This document shows, piece by piece, positions 1 through 13,330 of a stretch of DNA of 64,000 nucleotides (position 1 is the first letter of the stretch; every line of letters starts with the position of its first letter). A program made the position numbers and the translations under genes. The notes beneath the pieces are model-generated. The model ran no database searches. It saw only the letters and a program-made list of their open reading frames with translations, and was not told the origin of the DNA. This DNA comes from Balanoglossus misakiensis (lineage: Eukaryota; Animalia; Hemichordata). The stretch covers positions 3,012,760-3,076,759 of the forward strand of contig CM082576.2 of the NCBI GenBank assembly GCA_040954595.2, read 5' to 3'.

Positions 1-779
1 CAAATATTGCGACTGAAAATATGAAACAGTACACATTTGACTTCGATAACCTAGCTAATCTAAAGCAAACATTTACCTATTAGTCTAAAGTCACATTATA
101 CGCGACAGGCTTGTGAACAAAGTTCCCCACTCCCTGTTACAATGAACACTCAAAAGCATACTGCGCAGCGACGTTACGTTTTACTCTAGGACGTCTTTCT
201 ATTTGTGCAGCACGTCGTTATTTGTCTGTCTCTGTCGACATGCGTACGTGGACAGACAAATTGATTTCGGTGAAATCAATTTTATCACAACGGTTATTTT
301 AGCAGCCCAAAGGGCAGCTGTGTATGTATCGGATAGTTTTTTTGAGCGAACATCGGCAGTCATACGATCTTGGCGTCATTTGAGCGAAGTGAATTCGACA
401 CTGGTTTTTCAACGGCAAGGGAAGACAATAGCTTGATTCAGTACGGTCTGCTGACCCGCTCGCTTCAGTCTATTTTCGGGGCCCCGGCTATTTTAAACTG
501 TCCAAATCTCTCGACCGAGAACGTTCACAGAATTAACGCAAATTAAAAGCCACTCGCGGAGCTTTCACGCGCATTTACCAGCGATCGTACATCATTTACC
601 AGATGGAAATTAAAGTTCCGGGGGTCACATGGCACGGAAGGAAACTACAAATACGTGCAATAAAAGCAACAGGATCCAAAGTCAATCTGTGGATATTGAT
701 GGTGAAAGAGTCGAAATGTTGACTCAGATTCCTTTCATTTTTGTTCTTTCAAGAATTACCTTTCATAATCAGCTCAATG

Positions 780-804
780 ATATATATATATATATATATA
801 TATA
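780..804. repeat. (TA)n microsatellite
   Basis: About 12 TA units seen directly. Confidence 0.9.
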
Positions 805-3800
805 CACGGGGTTCCCTATGCCTTGACATATACCTAATTTACAGACTCCCCGAACCCCCCTTTTTTCCTTCAATTGCTACGTTTTAATATTTTAGACGAA
901 ATGAGTCGTTTGTAACAAAGACATCAGACACCGTTTACAGTAACGGTTTGATAATTGGAACATGAATGCATTCGACCATACATTCTGGAATTGACATTAC
1001 AGCTGCAATATTTTCCTCTGCACACTTCAGTTGTGTCTTTCCGTCACACTTGCAAGACTTTCGGGCTGTAAATCTGAAATTACGGACAGCTTGGCCTGCG
1101 TGGGACTGTGATACAAATCATATGTCACAGGCCATCCGCACTAGACTGGTGGTATCCCATCATTCACAGTGTTATGTACATGTATACTATAGTGGAATTA
1201 CTCTAGTCCTTCACGATTGACGTCATGTATGAGATATGAAAGCAAAATGTGTCTCAATTGTTGTCACCCAAGCTTTCGGCACTATCATTTCTGGGAAAAT
1301 ACACTCTTGTCTCTAACTTCAATTCTGCTATCTTCTATTACAAGCTGAAATGTTACAATTTACTTTATATGAACATTTCTTCGTCCTTGTAAAGATGGCG
1401 ATGTTTCGGTGGCGAACCTGTTCGCTTATTGCAACGGGTTCAGCTGCTGACAGCAATGTCAAAGGTCAGTGCACGATTGATTGATACGGTCTGACAAATG
1501 AACATCATAACTTTAAAATGATCGTGTGGTAGGTTTACCGGAAGGGCGGCCATAAACGTATATGCAAAATGTTCACTGTTTAATGACTTCTCCCTTAGGG
1601 GAAAACCATTTCACAGTTAATGGTGAAAATGATGAATGAAATAATTTAAAGTTGCGCCGAACAATTTTCGATGGGTAATCTTAAAAAAGATCCATACGTC
1701 TTATAGCGTATAATAAAAAGCTAAATTCACATGGATAGTCTGCAGCTGCATGAATATTAATAGGCTTATGCAAATTAATGACGTACCCGGCGCTAATTAA
1801 TGGCCTTAGAGGCACTAAACGTAGCTTATTTTACAAACCACAAATTTGCGATAACATATTCCCGTGAAATTTGGTAATCTCGAGACCACGTTATCGAATA
1901 TCGTGAGCACTTGTCCAACCAGCCTCAACAACGGACCTTGTGGTCGATTTTGCCCCGTACATTAACACACGGCCAATAAACCAACGCGTGGGAGGTACTT
2001 AACCTTGGTAGGTGACTGCAAGTATTGAAACATGAGCAGTATCAGTTTGTCTCGCTGCCCGCTTGGAAAGCCATAACCCGAAAATGATGTCTTTAAACTT
2101 TTGTCCTGGTGTTCACACGAAACACCTATACTGTTGATGTCACTGATGTTGGCGCCTGCGCGGGCACGTCGGACTCGCAAAGATGATAAATTTCAAGAAA
2201 TAGAGTCGGTACTTTTTATGACCTGAATTGAGACAACCCCTGAAAGATGCCCTTCTTGTAAATTACAACAGAAATAAACTGTACTTTTGTGACAGGTGAC
2301 TCAAGAAAATTCAGTTATTAAAGAAGATTATTTTGTCAGAAGACCGTTTTCGCAAACAACCCGTGTGGCGTTGACCTTTTTATACAACGTCGATTTTCTT
2401 CAGGAAGGCTCATGGGGTAACCTCGCCGATGCTCATAGTATACATCTGGATCATAATAACGGAGGGAATTGTGAAGCTAATTTTAAGAGAGAGGGTTAAA
2501 TGTGACCCCTGACATACCATGAAACAGGAAACGCGCCAAATGGATAATTAACGGCAACAGCGGCATTTTAGTCGCCACAAATCAAGCGATATACACCTCC
2601 GCGCGCATATCAAATTGATCACAACTGTGCCATAACTGACACAACAAAACCAATCAAATTGTCGAGGGGGGCGTAAAAACATTAACGCGTCATCCTTTTG
2701 AGTCGCGCTAATGGGGGATGGTGCCGAGTCAAATGGAAAATCCGTGCTAAGTGCAATCCAAATTGGAAACAATCTTGACCCGTATTATCGGGCCGACAAA
2801 ATGTTGAACTTGTCACAGTATTTCTGGATTTGTTTTCACCTAGAGGACAAGACAGCGTGGTTAGGGTTGCGTTTCACTTTTTCACCAAATGGATTGCTTA
2901 GGTACGAAGACATTTTCTTGGCGGAAATGGAACTGTTCCCAAAGTGGTCTCATAAAGGAATCCATCAGTTCTGATTTAGCCTGAAGCAGAAAAGTCACAC
3001 GACTGAGTAGGGGCCAATCCCACTGACGTGTCCATCAGTAACTCAAAATTCACCCGCAAAAAATAACGTGATGGACGCGTTACTTGAAATGAAATGTCGC
3101 GCGATCACTTGAAATACCGCGAGATCACGCCCAAAGACGTAAACTTTCCCGCGTACATGCAAGAAGCCTAAAACTTTCACGCGGTCTTGCCTGCTTGACA
3201 CATATAGCGCATCTTCGAACGTCGCGTGTGTGTTTTTCTTTTCTCAACACAAAATCAAAAGCTGTCTGATCTTTTTTATAGTAATGACGCGAACAACATC
3301 GCATATTGAAAATACGAATTTGACATACCGCCACGAAGGCAAAACGTCCCCAAACCAGAATACACGATTAATCCTGGCCCATGTTGTCACGGTGCGTTCT
3401 CGACATTTCCACGTCAACCACTCACTAGGGAGAACGCGGCTGACGTACTTAGCCTTCGTATCAAAACGCCACTTGCACCATCGCGTGACTGCACACAACT
3501 TAATAGAAAGAGCGCGCCTCCATAAGAAGTTAATCGGTTCAGATTCTTTTTTTTTAATCTTAATAAAAATGACACGCCCACATCTAACTTCCTTTTTGCG
3601 AGCAGTCTTCCGGTAAAACGACCAAGAATGTAATCTCAGTGTTCAAATTTTTTCATAACCGCGAACACTTATTAGGGTTGGGGTCGCGGTGCCGTGCTTG
3701 TGAACTTTCGCGAATCAATGCTCTCCACGCAAGTACATGTACAAATATTGTCCTGCCATGCATGTCTGTGGGCAAAATTCCACAACAATTTCATAGAAAA

Positions 3801-4404
3801 TAATCCCGATTCACTGAATCGGCTAATTAGAGTAGAAACGGTGTCACGCGCTAGACCTGCCAACTAGGTCATTGCACATTCAGGAGTGCATTCATCGCCA
3901 GATCTGTGAGCACTTTAATCGAAAAAATTACAGTTGAAAGACTAAGACGTGACAACCTTTGCATTCAAAGTTTTATTTCCTGAGTGAATGTCCTTCCATT
4001 TTAATCCCGAGAATAGTGAAAGGTCAACGTCAATGTCGAGTTAAGTGGTCACCTGTCAGTAAAATGTAGCGGAGGATAAGGGGGTCCATAATTATTTAGC
4101 TCTTCACACGTCAAACGTAAAATGACGCAGAGAATCGTCAACATAACACAATATAAAATAGCATAACGTTACGTAACAATACAACACATTAGTGCAGCAC
4201 AGCATTGCACTGCATAGCATGTCATTTTAAATGACCCAGTTCCCGCTGGTCAGTATTCGCTGAATCACAGTTCATGTAATAGAGAGGGACTGTTGCTGAA
4301 CCGTTTACCACGTACCCACAAAACACCAAATTATGCAAACGACATATGACTAAGTGCAAGTTTCACCAGGTGAGGTACTGGCTTCTGCTGCGTACCCTTT
4401 CCAA

Positions 4405-5861
4405 TTACGGAATTCGCACTTCATGAACAGTTTTGGTAACATTGTACATGAAATATTCGAAGGAGTTTGAAAATTCACTGACACTTTTGAATCCCACTGA
4501 CAGACGAACGTCTCCGTTGGCGCCAATAAAACGGTTCTTTACTTTTTCGAGCAGGTCTAACCGGACGTCGGGATGTTCATCCGAAAATTGCAAGAAGCTG
4601 CCATTAGATGCCAGCACGCGCATGGCTTCACGGACGCCGGATGCGGCACTCTCCTCTCCTCCCTTTGATCTCACGACTGCATCCAGAGTCCCTTTGTCAA
4701 GGACAAGGTCGAAGACACCATCCCTGAAGGGTAGACTGGTGACGTCAGCCACGGCAAAGTGAACGGCACGACTTGGGTGGCCAGTCCAGGAGGCCGCGAT
4801 CCCGTCGGTACGCTCGACCATCTGCGCAACTGCGACTTCGGAAAAATCCACGCACCACAAAGTGGACCTTCTTTGAACTGTCTGCAGCAGTTCAAGACTG
4901 AAATTCGACGTTCCGCTTCCCAAATCAAGAATGTTGAACGTTCGGCTGCCGTGAGAGTAACTGGATTTCGGGAGATAGGGGATGAGGAATTCGGCAACCC
5001 CTTCAAAATCGTGAAACCAATTAAACGTCTCGTTCTGTTTTGCTTTGTAGAATCTATTCCACGTTGACATGTCACCCATATTATTCACAATACTGCGTCC
5101 TATCAAAAATAAGACACGAGTTATGTCACAAGTGGTACGACACCATGCCATCCCACTGCAACTTTTGTAGCCTTCGGCCCGAGTAGGTCCAAAACCCATC
5201 TCACACATGCGATCTAATATGTATTCCATGTGTCAATATACTCAGTATCTCTTATTGTTGATAGTGTAGTTTGGCATATTTGGTCAAATTATATATATTT
5301 CTTTGCGGATAACCGCTCTCCTCTTTCCGGCCATGGAGGTAGGCAAGTGCACCGGTGGCTGATTGATAGTGCACAAGCAAGAGAATCGACGATCGCCCCC
5401 AACGGCAGATTACCAAATTGACATCTATCGCATGCATCTATCGAACAAGCTTCAAGCAAGGGGTGTCGACGCGATGTCCTAGACTCGAAACCGGAGCCGG
5501 GCGCGATCACACGACCATGACATACATGCCTGGTTCACCCCTATATATACTATACATATACTAGTATACTATACACTCTTAAACGCACTCAAGAATTGCA
5601 CTTCAACTCATGCTGTGTTATGCATATTCTACACTGCCGATCACAACACAGAACAGGCTGAGAACCCGTGGCCAAATCATGCAATGTCTGCAAATGCAAG
5701 AGGGAAGCTATGGCTGAACGGTGCTTCAGTATATGTCGACGTGTCTTACCTGTGCTCATTCCACTGCTAGCAAAACGCAGATGCAAGGCCCTGGTCTTCA
5801 ACAAACACGATCCCACGCTTGCGCTTGCTGTCAAGCCTGCCCTGGTCGTACAAGCAGCCAT
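4405..5861 (-). CDS. CSKMT: Citrate synthase-lysine N-methyltransferase, mitochondrial (METTL12 family); 2 exons, 268 aa
   Basis: Exons 5861-5750 and 5099-4405. Donor G|GTAAG at 5749 and acceptor TTTTTGATAG| at 5100 are both phase 1. Exon 1 encodes an Arg/Ser/Ala-rich, acid-free presequence (MAACTTRAGL...RALHLRFASS). Exon 2 has W-x2-FY...F-x-WF, motif I ILDLGSGTS, CVDFS, ADVTSLPF and DLVLDKGTLDA, typical of METTL12/EEF1AKMT4-like 7-beta-strand methyltransferases. The presequence favours CSKMT. Confidence 0.85.
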
Positions 5862-6722
5862 TTTAAAATTTCACCGCCACTGAAATCCGCCCTCCCAATT
5901 GTCTGCATAACTTCTTTTGTTTTTGTAGGTCGGGATTCATGAAAACAGGTTGTCCGATTCGTCGGCGCATGACTTCGATACTGTCGTCTCCTGACAGCGC
6001 GAACGAGCAAAATCGATCGAGTTGGCCGGCAACATTTCGGTGAGATTGTAGAGCTTAAACAAAAACTGAAAAACCATCAGGTCCTGATGGTAATTCAGCG
6101 TACGACAGCGCTAGCTTTTAATGAAAAGACGTCACCAAAGGAATTTATGCTGGCGAGACAAAGTTTTGCAAACGTTTGCTTTTATTATTCCAGTATCAAA
6201 ACAGCCTCCGTGGAGACATGTTGTGACATGAAAGGGAGATATGAATAACCATATAAAAATTATAAAAATTAAATCAAGAAAAAGTGGCGCTCTGGTAATT
6301 AAAACAAAATAATGAAAAAATGAAAAAAAAATGTAAACACGACTATTTTTTCTCCATGTGTGAATAAACCATTTCCTGAGGGAAAATTATCGACTCAGTG
6401 ATGGCTACATGCATATGGCTTCGTGCATCACTATATCGGTTCTATACCCAGGCATGGCTATGCAAACATTTTTGAAACTTTTCCGAGAGAGTGACCATAT
6501 TATTGGCCGTAACACGCTAAAGGAACGAAAGCTAGTCGTCTGGATACAGAAGAGATTTAGAAGTTCGGACGTTCCTCAGGAAACAGAGGGCCCCTCTCAA
6601 TCGAACATCGTCGTGTGGCGCCGCTGTGTCGAGTTCTTCCCGTAGGTAATGGTCTTGTCACAAATTACATGCACTTTACGCGATGGTGACACGCGAACAA
6701 ATTGCGTGTGGGCGCGCGCGGG

Positions 6723-9364
6723 TCAAAGATATTCTTTCACGGAGGCGATGTCGTCTGTCAGTTGCAACACATCCAACTTCGGTATATTCCTGTGAAAAGA
6801 TTGATGGGAGAGATTAGGATCGCTATTACTGCAGCCATGCTCTGAGTTTGGCATATCGACACGATGTCTGGCAACGGAACGAAATCAAGGCATGGCTCCG
6901 AACGATCAATTTTAGCCAATGACAACTGAAAAATGGCCATTTTAAGATGCTCCTACTCAACGTTAATGCAATCCGTTTGTAAAAAGCTGTGATACACAAT
7001 GAAAGCGATGGTGGCAGTTATTCGATGTAAAAAACACACCCGGCTGGTACTTAGAGGACGATAACATGGCACACATACCTGTAGATCGATGAGGATATTA
7101 AGTCGATGATCCCGCCTGAAATGCACAATTGAAAGTTACTGTGATTAAGCCAGTTGAAGCCAGTGTTTGACTGATGTACAGTAGCTATAGTTAAAACGTG
7201 AACTGACAGGATATTGTATTGTTGCATTTTGTAAAGGTTCCAAATAGCTTGCTATTTAACCCGTATTGTAGAAAACGTTTTTTTTTTCTTATTTTATTCA
7301 TGAATTTGCAAAAAAAGGAACTTGATTGGGTTGGGGCGAGTATCAGCTGGTTACCAAATACTGACGGGAACATGTATGCAAATAGTGAATAAATAATAAA
7401 CAGCTTGCAACCAGAATATGGCTGGCAGGCAGACAGATGTGGCATTCGCACAAGATTATGTGTGATTGGTTCATTGAGAAGTTGTATGACCACACCAGCT
7501 TACCTGGGGTACAGACGGTATCACATACAGCGCTGCACAAATAACAGAACTTGCAGTACTGTAGAAAGAAAGAGCGTTAATCACCTTTCAATTAATACGC
7601 TGACGTCTGCATTTTTGTGTGTGTGGAAGGCTGAAAAATATTAATTTATGGAGACACTTTTAAAAATAAAATAACTATTACGGGCCGGCTCGTTCGAACA
7701 CTTCTAATTATTGTACTGGGTCGGTGAACATACAAGAGTCTTGACGTCAAATTTGACAATTTGTCGAGCACTAAAAAGGATAGTTGGCCACGATATTGGT
7801 AACTTTTCAAATTAATCAGCTCATTCCTGTTTGTACGCAATTCAATAAAAGGAGCATTGCCTACATAGAATCAAAATCGACTCATTAAAACACTGCTGCA
7901 ATGCATCTTAATTACATTAGGCAAAACCAAATGCAATTGCATAAATGACCATTAGATAAACTTTGATATTTATCACGCCCAAGGAATGACTGTGCGACCT
8001 CTTACCTTGCACATGTGACAGTTCGGTTTCGACCGACTTGTTTCGCACGGACAATCCTTCTCACAGAGATCGCAGAACTGCAATTTGAAGGATATGAGAA
8101 CGTTAATGCGTCCGATGGCAATCATAAACGTGGTAACATGCATATCGGCGAGGTCGATCGATCGAAAACGATCGTTGAGGAAAACATGAGATTACGACAT
8201 CGCGTAGTAAAAATGACTGTTTATTGAACCAGTCGTTTCATGTGACCGACCAGTTTTCAGCGTTGTTATACTGCACATTTAACCGTTAATTACGCATTTT
8301 ATGTAATGTGATAACTGTGTCCTTTAACTGGGAGAGTTGTACTTTGAAAGGTTACGTTTTCTGGTGTCAGTTTACTGGAGACATCGTAGGCGAGTACCGG
8401 CGTGTTGCCTAACTTCGGTACATGAAAAGGGAAATTAATTATTCTTTTTTGAAATATTGGAGTATGAGTAGGCCTATGGCATTGACGTCATTTTATCCAG
8501 AAATGTTATAATACCAAAAATACAAGGCCTACAATAAAAACCGAATCTACCATATAAATGCGAAAGAGCAATTACATGGAAAGATAATATTTCGAGATCT
8601 TGCAACTTAATCTGTCACGTTTGAGAAATAATAACTGCAATCGTTTTAATGATAACTCATTTTGTCTCCATTTCCGTACGATTTTTTCCCCACCGGTGGT
8701 GCAATGTCATGTCGTACTCTAGTTTTTATTTCCCTTGTCTGAAATGATTTACGTCGACGATTTTGAAACAGGTTTGAACATGGTCCACTCATGTACGGAC
8801 ACGTTAAAATATGCAAAAGCTTCCGGCTAGGATTAATTTCCTGGCGTGACAATATAAGTTAGAATGGTGAAACACATATATAGTGCACGGAGGACAACCA
8901 TACGTGATATTCTGCTCAATGTTACACTGAATTTATTGTCTTTTGTCTTCAGTTACGAGTAATTATATGTGATTGGTTCTAGTACTTGCGTAGAAGTGTG
9001 TGAACATCGAATGTCTTGCATGATGGCGGTACTCCGGCTGTACACGACGCTACTGACCTACTTCTTGACTTCGCTTCCCAGACGTGACACGTCACCAATC
9101 GCTGTGTCCGCATGTAATGCGGTGTGGGGATTGAGCCACAAAAGCGTCAACGCCAACAATAAACTCCATACTCACACGACAATATTCACAATATCCACAC
9201 AAAGAGCCCTCAGCGTACATCTCGTGCAACGGAGACTCCGTCGCCTTCTCCGGTTCCTTGTCGTCGGTTTTCCCCGCCAATTCTTCGGCGCCGACGCAGC
9301 TCAGTTGCAAGCACAGCGCGAGAAGAACGACAACGAAGCCGGTCGCCATGGTGGCCTTCGCCAT
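6723..9364 (-). CDS. Small secreted Cys-rich protein homologous to the C-terminal domain of sarcoplasmic reticulum histidine-rich calcium-binding protein (HRC-like); 5 exons, 139 aa
   Basis: Exons 9364-9176, 8077-8006, 7558-7504, 7115-7079, 6789-6723, all GT-AG, phases 0,0,1,2. The protein is a signal peptide, an acidic linker, then CGYCEYCRFCDLCEKDCPCETSRSKPNCHMCKYCKFCYLCSAVCDTVCTPGGIIDLISSSIY. This matches the recalled HRC tail pattern CGYC...CQFCYLCPLVCETVCAPGSYVD. The start could instead be the second ATG at 9349. Confidence 0.85.
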
Positions 9365-12300
9365 AGTTGTCGCTGAAGGGTGCGTAGCACTCTCGCTCAG
9401 CTGATCAAATTAATTCTTAGGTGAAAGGTGATCCAAAGCGGTACGTGAACCTTGACCTTTCAATGTCAATGAACGCAATGTTTGGTGTGATTGCGTCGAG
9501 AATCCAATTTTTCCGTTTCGCGTATAATATAATAATTCGCGAATAAGTGTTATGTAAAGCTGTACGAGTGAGAGTGAATATTGTGTCGATTCAGGTTGAG
9601 AACAAATAAAAGCGAAACAAAGAAATGAAACCAGCTCCAGAAATGAAAGAAATAAGCTTATTGTCGTTACTATGGAGATTTGCAATGCGCGCGCTTCATA
9701 TTGTTATTCTTATCATGAATTTGATACTGGTGAAATGTATGCATTCAAACCGGGCATGCAGTACTGATTTTACAATGTCAGTTTTCTTCCGTGAAGCAAG
9801 TACTACTTGCGCCATCATCAGTCAAGATTTACGCCGACTCTTTTTTTCTCGCTCGCTCTCTCAAATGTGCAATTTCATCGCTGACGGCGCTCGTATGCTT
9901 CATCACTGCAATAGTCTCCGTTAGAATTGCGAGACATGGATTATTCAGCCACTAAATCCAGAACAACTTGTCGTCGTTGCAAAGGACAATGAACAGCAGA
10001 TTTCTCAGATATCCTTCGAGTTTGAGCCATTTAACGATATCAACATTCATCTGTGACAGAATTCTCGAGAAACATTTTATTTGACACTCTTTTCAGTCTA
10101 TCTTTAAATGCTGAACTTAATGTCAAATTTTCTGCACTCTGTGAATTTATCGGAGGGTTTCCTTTTGGTACTTCCTGTGTTCATAAGAAACTGCTCGAGA
10201 AGATTACAGAGGACACCCGCAACAAATGTATCAGTTATGCCAACACGAATGTACATTGTCTTTCCAACCGCTCTATGTGGTTTCTACCTGTGCGAGAGCA
10301 AGAGTGAACAAATCACATGATCTGTTCGCCCTATTTTGGAATTTTGATGGAAATAAAAATACGAGGATCTTTAAACGGAAATTTTGTTCGAGTAAAATTT
10401 CATTTCAAGCTCTAAAAATATGTGCATTTTGTCGAGGTTGTTATTCAGCCAGTTTAATACGTTCTTAGATTGTGACTCCATCAAAGTAAAGCAAAATTTA
10501 GTCTGGCTGCTATCATGTGTGGGAGCATATTTTTCCGGTGCCTTCGCAATGACCGCAGTTGAATTGGGCATTATCTTCCTCGTCATAAACTATTACAATG
10601 GTTATCACGAACTTTTGCCCAGATATACGAATATACGCCTGGTTGTACGGTGACGCCCTGCAGAGCCGCTTATACACGTAAACACGCTTCCCCGAAGTTA
10701 TTTGTATTCCGGCAACTTCTCTTGATTTGCTTACATTGAACTGTGCGCATGGTACAGCAGACGCCACGGTAACTTTTGAAAATTTTTGAATTTTGAAGAA
10801 TGTTTTGTTCTGTAATTGAGTGTCAGATTGACTGAATGACTATCGGGGGCCAGAAAGAGAAAAGAAACTGGGTCACAAGATGAAATATTTTTGTTAATAG
10901 TCACAGTGCCCAAAACACGGCCTACCAGCATACTATATGGCAACCAGAAACACGATCATTTCAATAGAAGAACGGTGTGTGTGTTTGGCTCTGTTACAGG
11001 CGCCTGGGAATCCATTAATGAAAACAGACCAGTAGATACAATTAATTTCTGCATGTACAAGAATCGTGGTTTACCTTCCGGTAAAATTAAATTCAATTAC
11101 AACTGAAAGCCTTGAAGACAGAAATAGCGCTAAAATAAAACAAAACCATGCGACAAGTGACGGGCATATTTCTGAGTTATTTTGCCCCTCCAATCATATC
11201 ATTTCGGTTCCCCGTACCGGCACCATCAACATTACCGAAAAGCGCGTTTATTTTGGTAGACGCGCGCTGCACTGGGGTATATGTATAACCTTTCCTTCAA
11301 CACAAGATGTGTCAGCGTTGTCATATCGCCAGTTATTTTGGCACGACAGATAATAATAAACCGTCTTTACATTCATCACTGCAGAAGTCAAATCAAACGA
11401 TTCAATAGAATACATAGCCCCCAACCGCACTCTGAATTTTCTGAAAATGCAATTATCAAGAAATGTGATTGTAAATATTCGAACTCGGTCGGATAGAGTA
11501 TATCTGAGCGATATTTCTGCCTCAGCTGAAAATAGCCATGGTTATGTTTCTTGTAAGTATAAACGCCATCAGAGTGGGATGAATTCAAAAGACCAAGGCG
11601 TATTTCTTTCGTTGCGCGATCCAATTTCCTGATCTATGCAATGGGTTCCGTCAAGCACACCTGACGTCATCTGCGGTCAACGCTGACACGTTTGTCGAGG
11701 AACTCAGTCGTCTCATCGCATTCCGAGGCTCACGGGAAGTTATGCATTGTCATGATCTGGCCACACACGAATTTTGTGATCTATGGACCAGGTAATTTGA
11801 TTTTGAACATGAAAACAGCGATATGGTTATCACAGTCTCAGAAACGCGAAGCCAATCGGAAAATGCTTTGAGCATTCGCTCTCACTTTGCAATTTTACGC
11901 ATAATGAATAAATGAAAAGGGTGGTGATATGAAAAGTGCGTATCAAAATGTGAACCATAATACACCTTACTACCTGGCACATAATACCTCTGCAAAATTA
12001 CTTTTTTTGTCTTTTTATTAAACAGTACCAGTAAAGATACCGTTTTGCGGCTTTTGTCCCGTGTTCAACATTCATACCTGGACTTATATACGTTATTATC
12101 GTGAGAATAATAATGGGATGCGACTGAACCACGATTAGTTCATTTCACGTGGTGTTCCTGATATTACAACGCCACCGATCACTATTAATTTAATCCGAGT
12201 AGCACACGAATTATTGATAGGTCGAAGGAGTAAGGTACACAGGCGCCTTGGTACTCGCAGTAAGCCGATATCACTCTCTCTCCATATGCGAGTATTTTGA

Positions 12301-13107
12301 TAACAATAACTATAATATCATAATGGCAATGGGAGAATCATTTCATCGTCTCGTGTACTTTTTTATCATTTGCTTTCTGATACACCCGGAAACAAATCTT
12401 GAAGTCAACGTCTGCGCTAATACTTTCCCGAAGATTTGATAAGTTCTAGGTCTTAACAATGCCGTAATCTAATACCGATTCGTCTTCATTCATGGGGGAA
12501 TCCGGGTCACTTATCTCTGAACTGTTGTTCTGCGCTGAATAGATAGGAAAGTCTGCTTGGTGGCGGGTTTGTGTGTCCATAACCCGAGTAAGGGAGAGAT
12601 ACGCGATCTGAAATCATTAAATGTGCATGCGACTCTTGGCAAGATACAAGTGGCATCGGATTTGACTAATTCAGGTAATGGCGTTTGCCATGCAACGGGA
12701 ACAATTCCTGAAATTGGGGCCGGGTTTAAAGCTATGCGGGTAATTGCAGTTTATCATCGAGGACTGGATACAATGCACTGCCCATATATATATATAGGTA
12801 TTGGGGAAGATAACGTTTTCTCGTCTCCGCATTCATTCATTCATCCTTCCTTCCATCCTTCCATCTGCCCACCCATCAACAATAACAGTACACGGGAACG
12901 TTTAAAGAATGCTTTGCTCTAGAATAAACCAACGCTTTTAACGCACACACACACGCAAAGATTTTCTTTCTTCTGTTCAAGAATCATACTGGTACGTTTT
13001 CACAGGGAAATTGACAGACACTGTTATCAACATAAGGACAGGAAAACGCGAAATTAGACATTCGATATTTATGCCAGTGTTTCGGCTAGATGATTCTTTT
13101 ACAATCG

Positions 13108-13330
13108 GTCTCCTCTCTCTCCTTCCCTCTCCCTCTCACTCCCTCTGTCCTCTCCTCTATCTCTCTCTCAATCTTTCCCTCTTTCTTCCCTTCTCTCCCT
13201 CTCCTCCTCTCTTCCTCTGTCTCTCACTCCCCTCCCTGTCTCACTCCCTTTCCCATTCCTACCCCTCTCCCTTTCCCTCCCTCTCTCTAATCCCATCTCC
13301 CTCTCTCTTCCTCATCGCCCCCCCCCCTCT
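13108..13330. repeat. CT-rich polypyrimidine low-complexity tract
   Basis: About 220 bp almost entirely C/T on the plus strand. Confidence 0.9.

Noticed and set aside
3009-3082. Harbinger-like terminus GGGGCCAATCCCACTG with a nearby 12-bp inverted repeat
   Set aside because: No matching opposite terminus or target duplication found in the window.
4168-4177. Perfect D-box GTTACGTAAC
   Set aside because: Embedded in a degenerate pentanucleotide (ACATA/GCATA-like) tract at about 4140-4220, so probably a by-product.
5100-5229. N-terminal 43 codons of the 274-aa ORF 4405..5229 as the CSKMT start
   Set aside because: They lie upstream of a good acceptor at 5100. A phase-compatible exon 1 with a mitochondrial presequence exists at 5861-5750.
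5300-5545. 7SK, U8, vault or tRNA identity for the structured CSKMT intron segment (GATCGCC, GGCAGATTA, B-box-like GGTTTCGAGTC)
   Set aside because: Only isolated short motifs match. The paired GAUC stem, C/D boxes, A-box and poly-T terminator are not found.
10420-11353. Hydrophobic and lectin-like short ORFs
   Set aside because: No recognisable family motifs or consistent splice sites.
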